Source: Tubulanus polymorphus (lineage: Eukaryota; Animalia; Nemertea). Taken from it: a DNA stretch of 64,000 nucleotides. A model generated the notes under the pieces. That model ran no database searches and was not told where the DNA came from. It was given only the letters and a program-made list of their open reading frames with translations. Below are positions 25,834 to 38,641 of this stretch, piece by piece. A program made the position numbers and the translations under genes. The DNA lies in assembly GCF_964204645.1 (NCBI RefSeq), contig NC_134026.1, positions 4,797,950 through 4,861,949 on the forward strand. The letters are read 5' to 3'. How positions within the stretch are numbered: position 1 is the first letter of the stretch; each line of letters starts with the position of its first letter.

Positions 25834-28583
25834 AATACTTGAAAAAGTGACGATTTCAGATCAACTTGTAAATGAAACATATTTCACAGGGGGAGGGGTA
25901 TTTTAGGGCGCAAGTAGAGGTAGGTAGTTGTTACGATAATATGGAATAGTATAGTATTTGATAGATAACCTTCGTTTCAAGCTTTATGATATAATATTTT
26001 CCACGAAGATCTACACACCACTGTAGCACTGGGTCTCGAAGGGCACTACATCAAACGATCTGCTCAGTCGTAATTGTTCACCAGATATTCCAATTTTTCA
26101 GTCATGTGAGCTGTGGCTATAATGATGATGAGTGCATGAGTTTATTTACTTATTACTCATAACAGATGGCAGACAATGCATTAATTATTGCTGATAGTTA
26201 CAATTAGCTGCAAACCTGGATGGAGCAAACAAAAGAATGACTTGGCCCAGTTGTGACAGTGCTCAGTGTGTGTTTTGTTTTGATAATCAAATAGACTGCA
26301 TGCAGGCCTGAATAGATCTATGATACAATCTTTTTACACTGGCAAATGCATAATTACACGGAAAATGGTATAAAGAAATAATTTTGAAAGTTATGATTCT
26401 AGGTATCTGAGACTGTAATCAAGAAAAAAAGCGAATTTTAACTTTTCATTAGAAATACATTTAGTTTTTCATTGATTTTTGCATCATTACGAACTCCAGT
26501 CTATGCTTTAAACCTTGGATCGAATGAACAAATGATTGAAATAGTAGAAAAATGCTATTTTTCACGAATCTTTCTGCAATGCCATCCACTATTCACCATT
26601 GTTATTGTTAAGATAATTACAGTCGTGCACAGTTTGCGCGCAGATCCATTTTCGCTATTTTTTTCTGTGAGTCATTCCCAAAGTTACAAAAGGTGCTCGA
26701 TCTCGCTGGCCTGAGTCTCTCAGCAGAATGCCTGAATGGCTCCTTGTGCAGTGGTCATTTTTACTATTGTGGAATGTTTGCCCTATTAAGATTTGGTGTA
26801 GATGAATACAGCTGATGACTTAGATTTCAAGGCAGTCTAGAGAGCACAATACGCCATAGCCTCATACAGAAGCCTGAGTCTTCCTTTGTTACGTTAATCG
26901 CTATGCAGGGAATAGAGGCAGCAGGCATTTGAGTGAGGAATGTGATGGAGTAGTATCGAGACTAGCTACGGCGATTTGCACTAGTAATATTGCTGAAATA
27001 TTGGGATTTAACTATTACTGTTCAGTTGAAGGATTATCAGTAAGGTTACTCGTGGTAAGTTTAAGACATAGTTGACCAATAAGCCCATGATAATGAATCA
27101 TTGATAGTATTTATACCAGTAATACATAGGCCTATCAATATGTAATATACAAGACTGGTTGTCACACATAAACTGGGGGTCCAAAATCTAAGGTCTATCT
27201 ACCCACCTAGGATATAATGATTGAAAACGTTTGTCTTGATGATACTGGGGGTTTTATTTGGATCACCAGCTTAATGTGACGAATGCCTATGCCATGTAGT
27301 ATAAGGTTATTTCTGGAGTTCTAATGAATGATGAGAAATTTACTTCGCCGTTAATTATGTGACCTTCTGGCAGTCAACCTACGAGCCGTTGATAATTCGC
27401 CATTCCACATAAGGATGTATTTACTTTATTTTGATAAAATCCCGATAAATCATGACATTCGTGTCAAATATTTCCAAGAGATATGAATACAATCAGCCAT
27501 ATATCACAATCCAAGGAAATCGTGATTTTCCACATGTATTCATAGATTTTGAACTTCTTATATACCGAGCAAGAATATGTTCTCCTTACAAGACACCAGG
27601 AGCATTATTGGGTATGTTTATTAACTCTGGTGCCGTCGATTTTTTCGGCGAAAATTGTCACGTATAAATTTTCTTATCGAGCGTATTCTCGTGATGATTT
27701 AAAATATGGAGTCCGGATAAAAAGTCTAGAACTGTTTATCGCCGTCATCCGAAAACCGGGAGAAAATTGCCGTGGAAAATTGTGTAAAGTAGCGATAACT
27801 GTTTTTAACTTTCAGGTAAACTATGTAATTTTACCTGTGCGAAAGATTAGTCACACCCGATGTTTATACTTTAGTTGAATAGAGCAAATTTCAGCTGTGC
27901 TGTTGTTATATGTATTTATAGTGCTGAGAAGCCTTTGCAGTGACGACAGTGCATACACTGAACCAGTACTTGACGGCGTGTATGTACGTGTGTACGTGTG
28001 TACGTGTATGTAAGATAGTATAGCACGTTGGAGTAAACTAAATGCCGTTAGGATTTTAGGATTGACCATCTATTTATTGTATCGAAAGAGGTTAGATGTT
28101 TATCTATATTCTCATCCGGGTGGATTAATCGTTCAATGGACATTTATCAGTCATTCTGAATTATGAAATGAGGGTTTTCGCGTTTAGATGGTACCCTGAT
28201 AATAGAAGGCTCAGTGAAAAATGTGTTGGTTATGATTTTAATGAGAGATGGATTTAAGATTGCTGAGAAACGTGAGCATTTTGGCCGGCATCGATATCAG
28301 CTGAAGTGTGAATTTGTATCAGTCATAAGATGATACATGGTGGAAATATAAATAATTGATAATTTTAAGTAAAAACGTGGTTCAATTGTGAATATGGTTT
28401 TTTCGTAAAGGGTTTTTCTGTGCGTTTCTCTCATATCATATTCTAATGGTTTGTGGGGGCTGATTGTGGTTTATGTGAAAAATCCATCAATGATTAAACC
28501 TTACGAGTTAATGGTTTTTTCATTTGATACAAGTGATATAGCTTAACCATGTCTTTTATGCCGTTATTGTTCTATTTCTGCAG

Positions 28584-28781
28584 ATTCGTAAGAAACGCCG
28601 AGCGCTGAATTCCCCCCTATCTTCAAGTATCTAATCGTGGAAGTGGATTTTAACTCGAATTTTATCGAAAAATACGTGGCGACTACGCGGATCATAAACT
28701 GGATTAGGATTTATTTAGATTGTGACATTCCGAATAATTCATAGAGTCTGGATTATCAAAATGTTGTTCGAATGATATACG
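28584..28781 (+). other. Putative internal 5' UTR exon (198 nt) carrying two upstream ATGs
   Basis: Acceptor TTGTTCTATTTCTGCAG| and donor ACG|GTGAGT. Stops in all three frames; ATGs only at 28761 and 28772. Confidence 0.65.
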
Positions 28782-28848
28782 GTGAGTTGATGTTCGTATT
28801 TTGAGAATTATTATTTTCAGGAGATTTTTGTGTAAAATGTGTAATGTA

Positions 28849-28988
28849 CGTATTTCATGTATTCTATTCGCTGAAGTAATGATATGAATACTAGCGTATT
28901 TCATGTATTCTATTCGCTGAAGTAATGATATGAATACTAGCATATTTCATGTATTCTATTCGCTGAAGTAATGATATGAATACTAGCG
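28849..28988. repeat. Minisatellite, 3 x 46 bp
   Basis: Unit CGTATTTCATGTATTCTATTCGCTGAAGTAATGATATGAATACTAG at 28849, 28895 and 28941, with one substitution. Confidence 0.97.
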
Positions 28989-29274
28989 CCGTGGTCAAAA
29001 TCATCGATACGATAAAATCCTGCTATTATAGAAATTCGTTCGGAAATAATTAGTCAGATTTGAAGGAATTTACGCCAAGATCAAGATCCAGTCCTATATA
29101 TGTTGACTCCAGGAATCGAAGATCGGAAATGTAATTTAACTTTTGTAAGTTTCAAGAACGTCGGAACTGGATCTAGATCACGAAACAATTTCGCAGAATG
29201 GTTTCAGAAATGTGCAAAGGAGTTACAAATATGTGTAATTAAGATCAGAATATAATTTCATCATCGCCATCACC

Positions 29275-29277
<3 letters not shown>

Positions 29278-29309
<32 letters not shown>
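29278..29309. repeat. (TA)n microsatellite
   Basis: Perfect TA run of about 32 bp. Confidence 0.98.
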
Positions 29310-29312
<3 letters not shown>

Positions 29313-32300
29313 GCTAGCAGTGATAATTAACAATTAGACTTTTTTGCGATGTTGTCTGGAAGCTGTATGTACTAACATGTAATTACCCTCGATTCGAAAC
29401 TAATTAGAATAATTGGGCGCCCGGGTTAAGAACGAACTTCTATTGTTCTACTGTTCAATCAGAACGTGATTGCCGCATTTTTTTTAACGGACCAATTCGT
29501 CGAGAGTTAAATGAGCTTTCGCTCAATTGTGCTGATCTAAATTATCATTTGGCGCGTATTTACCGAGAAAAAAAAGTTTTGGTTTCTGGTAGGAAATCAT
29601 CGCTGACTTATCTATCAACGTCTAAAAAATTCCTTCAGCTGATTCTCAATTAGACTGACTGATTACCTACTTAGTTCTGGATGGACTGTGTGGATTTAAT
29701 TCAGATGAAATAGGATTAGAAACTAACACTTAATTAAAGAAGATTCTGTAGAGGAGCCATGTAAACTGGGTGTGAAGAATGAATATGAGACAGACGCAGG
29801 AGCTTTCACTACTAACATTAGTAAAGGATGATGTTCGTGTGTCAAATAAGATAATTAACCTATATATTACTGCTCATCTAAGAAGCTTCTGTAGACTTCT
29901 ATGTACAAAGACCTTTGCATCGGGAATTGTCTTACAGTCTATCCATAGTACACAAGCTCTAGTAGCTGTGTGATATTGTTGAGGCTACGAGCATGAGCAT
30001 CGTTGAGATCTTGTAGGCTGAGGGCTGTTTTAAATATTATCGATGAAATATAATACATTCGAACAGATGGTTTTACTATATTAAACATGACTGAATAAAA
30101 TATATGTCAAACAGATTTTAGTTCGATCAGATCGCGACTACATAATCTGCGTATGTAAAGCTGGATATAGGATTAGCTTATTTTTGGTAGCAAGCTGGCA
30201 CCAGAAAGAAACTCATTATAAACTGAATGAGCGGCTGACATTTCAGGTTTTCTGATCGAAGAAATGCTAGTTATCAAATTTACTGTAACAATTGATTTAT
30301 ATATTTGATTTCAAATTAAGTCAAGGCAATGAAAAAACATATCAGTTTTAAAGTCAACTTGAGCTGAATCATATTTCTCAAGTACAACCTACGCTTAACT
30401 TTATGGTTTCGATAATTATGATTGATGATTTCGGTCAGCTGATCGTTTCTAGAAAGGTGACATAACTTTGACTCGTTGCCAATCTTGCGTTGAATACCTC
30501 AGGTGAAAAAACCATGAAGTATTTTATGCCTAAACCGGTTGACTGAATACGGATGACTAATAAAAAAAGACAAGTCATAATTCCAACATCTAGCGTAGCA
30601 TGTTGAGATATTTCCCGATTGATTGTAATCTTTCTCATTAAAAGAAGATCTATTATCATCAGTCTTCGAATTAGGGCCGTCTTTTATAAATTGTTTTTGC
30701 ATAGCCAGCTTTTAGTAATTCAATAATTTTCATCGCTCGACAAAACATCTACGACGTCTTGATGGTCGTACATACCTCAAAATGGGGATTGACCCTGATA
30801 TTTATTCGATTGGTAGATTTCATTTGATTTTCATGAATCCAATATCTTATTTCGAATTATGTTTCTTTGCATAAAATGTTTTTTGTCGCCAGCTGGTCTC
30901 GTGCTTAAATATTGGGTCGAGTAGTTATGAACATTGACGTAGATAAAAGGTTTATAACTTCAGCAAATACATCTTACACGCGCACCGGTGTGGCCTGTAC
31001 AAAAAGAGAGTTAAGATTTTATCCAAACAATTGATTGGCACAGAGGAGGCTTTTTTAAAGGATTTTCAATCATGATGTAATGTAGTGTTCGTAGATCAAA
31101 ATCAGACTAGAAAGAATTCAGGAAATCTTGAAGATACAAGATAAACGGTAGAATGCATTATGAATCGTTCTTATTCGATAAATTTTCTCAGGTTTTGTGC
31201 ATATATTATTTCATTACTAAAACAGCAAAAATTCATAAAGATTCTAAATTTTTGCTAACAGTCATTGTCAGAAAAAAGTGTGGCATTCATTCACGTCAAA
31301 AGATAACCATTTGCCAGTATAACAGATTTCTCTGTTTGATCGGTTAATCTATTAACTAAGTTGAACCTCATCATTTACGAAGATTCCTAATTCATGCGTT
31401 TATTGAAAGGTGGCGCTAACGAGTCAACGTCTCTTTGACTCGCGTGTTGTTGGTACAGTCATCGCGCCGATAGATGGCTGCTACGTTAGCTAGAGTATGG
31501 GAGATCGGCAATTCAATGCTTTATTCAAAGGTGGTGCTGATAGTCGGTATCCAATCAGTTCCTTGATGCTTCAGTCATTACAGATAGAAGATGGCTGGCT
31601 GTTCGGATAGTGATCAGTAATGATAATTCACCCATCCTCTACCTTTATTCAAACCGATACACATAGATCATGAATATTAATTTTGTCTTTACATCGCTGA
31701 ATCGATGCCCAATTCTTTCCACGCATTATAATATTAGTTCCGACAGTTGTTCATAGATGGCGGATTGGATTTGAAAAATCGCCGAGATGCGAAGAATAAC
31801 TCTTCTGGTTCCTCCGGCCAATAATGGCTAAAGACAATATCTATTACCGGTACAGCCATCCAGTCTACTTTATCAGAGATCAAAAGTGCTTTTAACTATA
31901 AGTAGTTTTCATCGACCGTTTCGGGATTAACGAAGGCCACATTATTTGGCTAACGTCATGGCGTATTATAGCAGTTAGCTTTAAGCCCTCGTCAAAGTTC
32001 GAATGTCTTGAGGACTTCCGGTGTCCGTAGGCTGCGCAAGGCGGCGTCCCTGGTAATGACAAAATCAGCGTTGATGTACGTATTGAATGTGTTCGTTTCT
32101 TACGTCTAGAATATCAGCGTAAATCATCTATAAATGAGATGTCGGCTTGAGCGTATGGGATATGACGTCCTTGGACTTAACGTTATCGACCCGAAATAGA
32201 TTTCTGCGTCGCCGAATTACATGAATCAATCATTTTGTGAATTTCGGCCAATCTTGTTATCACCGGCTTACATGAAAAATGTTTGGGTTACACATTATTC

Positions 32301-32591
32301 GATATTCAAATTATGTCCGATACCTCCAGGGACCGCACTTCGCTCGCTACTAATACAGAGCTGCCCTGAAAATGCCTCGCTGTCCCTGGTGGTGGTATTA
32401 TGATGCTATTGAAAAAATCTATTGCTGTCCCTGAAACAATATTCTACTGTCCCTCTCAAAAATGTTCTAATTCTACATGTTTCCATATATATGGTCCTTG
32501 AAAATTTGCTATTTTGGCCCTGATGTGGTAAATATAGGTTGACAAATCTGTTGATAGATTTTTTCCTCAGGACTTTCGTAAGATTTCCTAA

Positions 32592-33645
32592 GATCTGAAA
32601 ATTTAACCTAGATTAAGATTATGAAATAAACCCATTATTGTGTGGAAGAGATTCTTTTTAGAAAACTGTATTTTCCTTTCGCGTACGTCTTTTATCGACG
32701 TTTAAATCGAGAATGTTACAACAAAATTGAATAATTGGAGAAACTATAGCGTTTCGTGGCGGCAAAAAATCGTTGAAGTAAAAAAAATGACAAGTTAACA
32801 TTAGCGCACCTGCCGTAGTAATGGGTATTAATTGATTTGTAATCGTGAGGCCTTTGAAGAAAGTGAATTCCTTAGAAATCTCGTTACAAAGGATATTAAT
32901 CCCTCTATTCCTACTAAGTGGCACTCAAAGGCATTATCATTGCGGTTGGGGTTCTTCTTTCCGATATTACAGGAGGGGCAGAAAAACTGGGCGATCATTA
33001 ATGCTAGCTTATGTGGGGCTACGATGGATACCGTTGCTACTGAGAGGAAACGCGAGGGATCGCAGCCCAGCTTATATCGGTCGTGCTTGATTTCCAGCAT
33101 CTAGCAGGATATGATCTACCACCAGTTGCTTCCCTGCTTAGATCTGGCTACCACGATCACTGACAATGGTCATGTGACCAATCAAAAAATCAAGCTCATA
33201 GCTACATCGAACAAAGGAGACCGCTGAACACACAAGCGTTTTTGGCCTGGGCCAAATTTGATCCGACCAAAAGGTTGGGCCAGGCCCGACCCAAATTTTA
33301 GCACAGGACACGTGTGAAAGCGCTCTCTAATTAAGCACGTGCCACATTTGAGTCGGGCCTGATCCATGCCAATTTGGTCCATGTGATCGCGGCTTTATGC
33401 AATTCAATAAGCGTTTAGTTTGAATTTGAAAATCAAGTAACTATTAAGAATACATTGGCAGCCTTTAGGATTTGAACCTGATGATTCTTGATTTATACAG
33501 GAACAACAGAATGGAATGCAAATAGCTTTGATGGCTTGAACGATCTGAAAATTTAACCTAGATTAAGATAATGAAATAAACCCATGATTGTGTGGAAGAG
33601 ATTCTTTTTAGAAAACTATATTTTCCTTTCGCGTACGTCTTTTAT
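32592..33645. repeat. 104-bp direct repeat pair (32592-32695 and 33542-33645)
   Basis: GATCTGAAAATTTAACCTAG...CGCGTACGTCTTTTAT repeated at an offset of 950 bp, with 3 mismatches. Confidence 0.95.
33220..33394 (-). mobile_element. MITE family H, copy 2 (internally deleted)
   Basis: Reverse-orientation core; terminus GTGATCGCGGCT|TTA. Confidence 0.8.
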
Positions 33646-35357
33646 TGAGACATTCTAAGATAAAAAGTCATTTAAATGTCTTGCAAAGGTCCCCTTTGTT
33701 TTTTAACATGCAGAGTAAGATTTTAGGACTATAGATTTGATAGGATTCATGACCTGATACATTCATTCTTTTTAACGCGTATTTTCAATAGAGTTAATGC
33801 GCCAGAAAATTATTCACCATTGCTAAAAGACTAACGCTATAAAATTTGCCCATAATACGGAACCCGGGGCGAAAATAATCTAAATTTTGCTTTTGCCGCA
33901 GACGACAGACAGTATTTAAACCAAATTAAGTGTTAATTTATGATCGAATGACAAAAGAATAATTTTCTAGTCGGGCTACTTTACAAGCACCGATATTAGT
34001 CAGGCTTCGTGCACCGATTTCTCAGATACAAATTCAAAGTTATTCGATCGGAATCATCTCTGAATGCGGTGAAATTCCCACATATTTCATGACAAATAGC
34101 ACAGTTTTCTGATCCACTAACCGAATAATAATTGGTTCGACGCTTTAACATTTTAACACTTTTAACTTATAGCGAAGACTAGGTTTTCATACATGTTATA
34201 GAATCATACAGCACAACGTACTGGGAAAAAAGCGATACACATTGAAATAAGATTTAAACAGGTATTTGAATTGGTACATTCAACTCTTCATATTAACAGT
34301 GCTGATCAATTTTGGTATGATGCTCCGGAATTTGGTATACCAAATACTGTGAATTTGGTATAAACTTTCCCAACGAAAATCTTGAATATTACTAAAATGA
34401 TCAGCTGGGTGGAATAATCTGGTAATATTTTTCTCCGACCAGTCAATGGTGAGAATATGTATGCGTTCATTTTATGAACTTTGAGTAAGAATTGCACGAT
34501 GATTTTCTCTATTTCTGTCCGCCTGTCACATGGGTGGGTTCATTCGCAGTTCTAGGACAGAAATGAAATTACAATTTGTCGCATAATTTGAGTGACACTT
34601 CATCCTTTTAGAGTCGCTGATGACTATATGCGGCTCGTAGCGCTTACAGCCATCCGACCGTTTTCATTCAGAAACTGAGCTGATTTATCTTGTTTTTACG
34701 TCTGTCTGTGGTCATTCATTTGAACGATGATGAAAAACTAGCTTTGTCTTTACTATCGATTGGAGCATAGGAATAATTAAAGCTGATGCATACCCGCTTG
34801 GGAAATCACAATTACTTGCCCCCCCTCATCAGCTGAATTGCTTGCTACAAAATTTTCGTCCTGTTAACAAAGACAGATAACGATTGATTGAAGTTATTCC
34901 GATAGATAGACATGTATATATCATGCTTGCTGAAATTCGTTTCGAGTTTAGCTACTTATTGGTCGGACTAAGAAATGACCACTTGTAGTTAATAGCTCCG
35001 TAGTTAGTTGCGACAATCTCCAAGTCTTCTTTAACTCGGCTTAGACATTTTCATCGATAGATCCTTCGCCGTTATCATTGTTTAGTTCATATCATCAAGG
35101 TTGATCAGAATGCAGAGATCTCGCGCGCTACTTTTGAGGAGCTCATCTCGTTTTCAAAGGCGATATTTGTTTTGATCCCTATTTCGAGTTTAACGGGGAA
35201 ATATTCAAAGCGGGCAGAAGAGACGCGCGGCGCCGCCCGTCAAAGTAGAACCTTTAAGCAATTCTGAAACTGATGACATCCACGTGAAAACTCGTTCATG
35301 AAAACTGTATTCAAAGTAAAACGAGAATAAATTGATTTTACAGAATTTTTTATCCAT

Positions 35358-35477
<120 letters not shown>

Positions 35478-38398
35478 CTCATCTATCTATAGATAACCGG
35501 AAAAGTCTATTACGTCGGGATTAGCGCGCTCAATTTTCACCGGATAAAATTGCATGTTCTCATTTAGATTGGATGTCTGATGAAGTCTATGGCATCGTTC
35601 GTTCGCCTGACGAGAGACTGACGTTATGGCCATAAACAAGGATCAATAAAAACATGAAAATCAACACTTCTATTAACCCCCTTTATCCTCGAGGCCCATG
35701 CAGAACGGTGGAGGACGTCTACATTATTATAGATTAGCGATGAGTATGTCGTCGGTTGGATAAGCTTTTGATAAATGGATGCGCGGCAAGTAGACCATCA
35801 TCATCATCACCGGGGAAGAAGAGCGACTGCACAGTTTGCCAAACTTCTGCCCAGACTTACTTCTTCTGTATTAGAATCCGGCGGTATCGATTTTTTACGG
35901 ATCAAACCAATCAACGACTCGAGACCTCTCGAGGAAAACATCAGTCAATTAGGGTCTTATACATTCCGAGAACGGATGAGATCAGTTTTGGTCGAATCGG
36001 CCCACTCCTCGCCTCTCGTAAAGCTTTCGAACGCGACTTCTTACGGAGCTGATGAAAACGAACGTTGATGTTTTTGCATCGTGCAAAATCTATGCCACGT
36101 CGAACTGAATTTTAAATGAAATTTGCATGCCCCGTTTGAAAATCTATATTTTCAATCCATTTTTAGATCATCAAAGTTATCTTTGGAATTCTTTTCAAGC
36201 CGTTTTGATTATCGGATAATTTGAGCGTGGATAATTCGGTATTTGTCTTTTTTTATTTTCGCATCATTCTATTTGAATTTAATCGGCCGTACGCATCGAG
36301 TAAATTCCAAGAAACCTGTTCGGCAACTTTCGAACGAAATAAGTATGCCGTCATATATGGCAAAATGCGTGGGAATACAGTTTGCATTGGCTTGTTCAAA
36401 TTTCTGGTGTCCCGTTGCGGGCGGTACTTTTATGATTTGGGTGCAAAAAATGCGGACTTCAGTACTAGTAACGTGAAATTAGTCTCGTATTCAGAAGCTT
36501 TTGTCTTCGAATTGTCCGACTTTTATACAGACTACGACGAATACCATGTTCTCGCCCGGTTCGACAAAGCTGTCTTTTTGTTTGGTTGTCGTTTAGCGTA
36601 TTCGCTATATAGGTCTAGTGCCCGGGTCTCCTAAGTAAAGTTTACTATGGCTTCTAAACTTTCCCACAAATAATAGACTCGTAAATAAAAGTCTCGTGCT
36701 ATCGTGCGAAAAGCGGGCCGCTCGCAAAACTACGTCTGAAAAATTGGGAAATTTTAGTATGAATTTGATTATAGGATTCTTTAAAAGCTCTTAGAGATAA
36801 TTATAAGGTAAGAAATCTCATAGTCTATTATTGAATTCAGACATTTCATGCACATCATCAGTGTTTTCCATATGCTGGGATTTTAAATGGGCTGCATTCA
36901 TTGTTGAGTTATGGCATTGTGGCTGTTGAAGTAGCAAGGCTTTCGATCCCCCTAAATCAAAAATACAGAAAATTTTAGCTTAATTTTGGTTCAATCTTCT
37001 ATTTTCACATTAGGGCAATGTGCCCTTTCATTCTCGCATCTACCCCTCTGAAATCAGCCACCCTTTACACCAAAATTAAGCTTACATTCATTTTTAGATT
37101 TATAAGCTTATATATTCGAAGATTGGATTGAAATCATCATCTAATACTAAGCATCGAACACGGATATTAGTCAGAAATTAGAAATTCAGCATCATGGGGT
37201 ATGATGTGTGCGGTTCATCAAATTTTCATTTGGATACACAACACTGCGTCGACGCATATCATTAATATGATATACGTACTAAAACACACTAGATTCGCGA
37301 ATATATCAATTATTTCGCGTTAAAGATGACGCGAAACGAATGGTCGTCTTAATCTCGAGGAGATTCCCGCAGCGCGAGGGACACGAACAAATTTATCATC
37401 ATTTATTCATCGAGGTTTTCCATAAAAGTCGATGTGCACGGCTGACAAATGGCTATGTTTCGAACTCAAGCAAAATTCAGCAGTGACTTACGAAAACAAG
37501 AAAACTAGAATGTCCAATGCCTACTATTTTATTCTCAGTGTATTTAGTCGGTTATTTAGTTCTTCTATTTGAGAAACATCAACGTTACTGAGCGCTCAGT
37601 GTTGGTGATAGATCTGCCATTCAGTCTTCGTTGGTTCTGTCATCAGTTGTGCTAAATGAGCATATCAACAGTTTCTTGAAAAGACCGTTTTGCTTCGTTG
37701 GTCTTTGTCTAGTCGAGTTGATCATAAATTGGAAGTACATGTCCAATAATTCCGATACAAAAGATTTGCTAATTTAGAGCTAATCTTTTACTATTTTACT
37801 ATGTTACTACGATCTGCAGGAATCATTACGGCATTGAAGAGGAAGAGAACAAATGTACCGCAGATTGTAATTGCATAAAAATCAGTTTCAATTGATGTAA
37901 ATGTGCTATGAGGCACTTCACCTACCTTCCATATGTCGCAAATAGAAAGTAGGATACCTGACCTGTATCCTTCTGATTCTAATGAATAATGTAAGGAAGC
38001 TGTACCAAATTTATTTCATATGATCCTGATTATCCTTGAGTTCAAGGAATACATCTCATTTACAGCCATTGAATTGGGAATAGATTTAAAAAGTGTCCTT
38101 AAAAATTCTATCAAGTTATGGTATTTTAAAATGCTTCAATATGAATTGCGTTGTTTCGCCATATTCTGGAATACCTCTCGAGTGGCGCTTTATCAGACGA
38201 AGTTTTCTAACATTTGAGATGCTCTTTGTCGGCTTAGAACATCATCATCAACATGTAAATGAGTTTGTAATGCTGCTCCTATTACCTGAGAACATTATTG
38301 ACAAGTAGGAATTCTTTTGGGTATTTTGCCGAGTTGGCAGCGGTGTGAGTGCATACCCAACTATCATTTTTGAATTGATGGGGGGCGTATTTGACTGC

Positions 38399-38641
38399 AG
38401 CCACGATCACACTGAAACGAGTGGCCCGGGCCAGGGCCAAATTGGCACGGATCAGGCCTGTTTCATATTTAGCCTGTACCTAATTAGAGTGCGTACACAC
38501 GAAAACCACTCACTAGATGCTAAACAATGCTTAAACAAAGAGAAGTGATTCATTTCCGGAACCAGTTGCAATTCACAAGTCACAATAATTGGACCCACAC
38601 TAAAATTTGGCTCAGTCGTGGTCCGATGTTTTTGGTACGGC
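38399..38641 (+). mobile_element. MITE family H, copy 3 (right-truncated)
   Basis: Starts AGCCACGATCACAC; core GGGCCAAATTGGCACGGATCAGGCCTG...ACCAGTTGCAATTCAC...GGTCCGATGTTTTTGGT. Confidence 0.8.
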
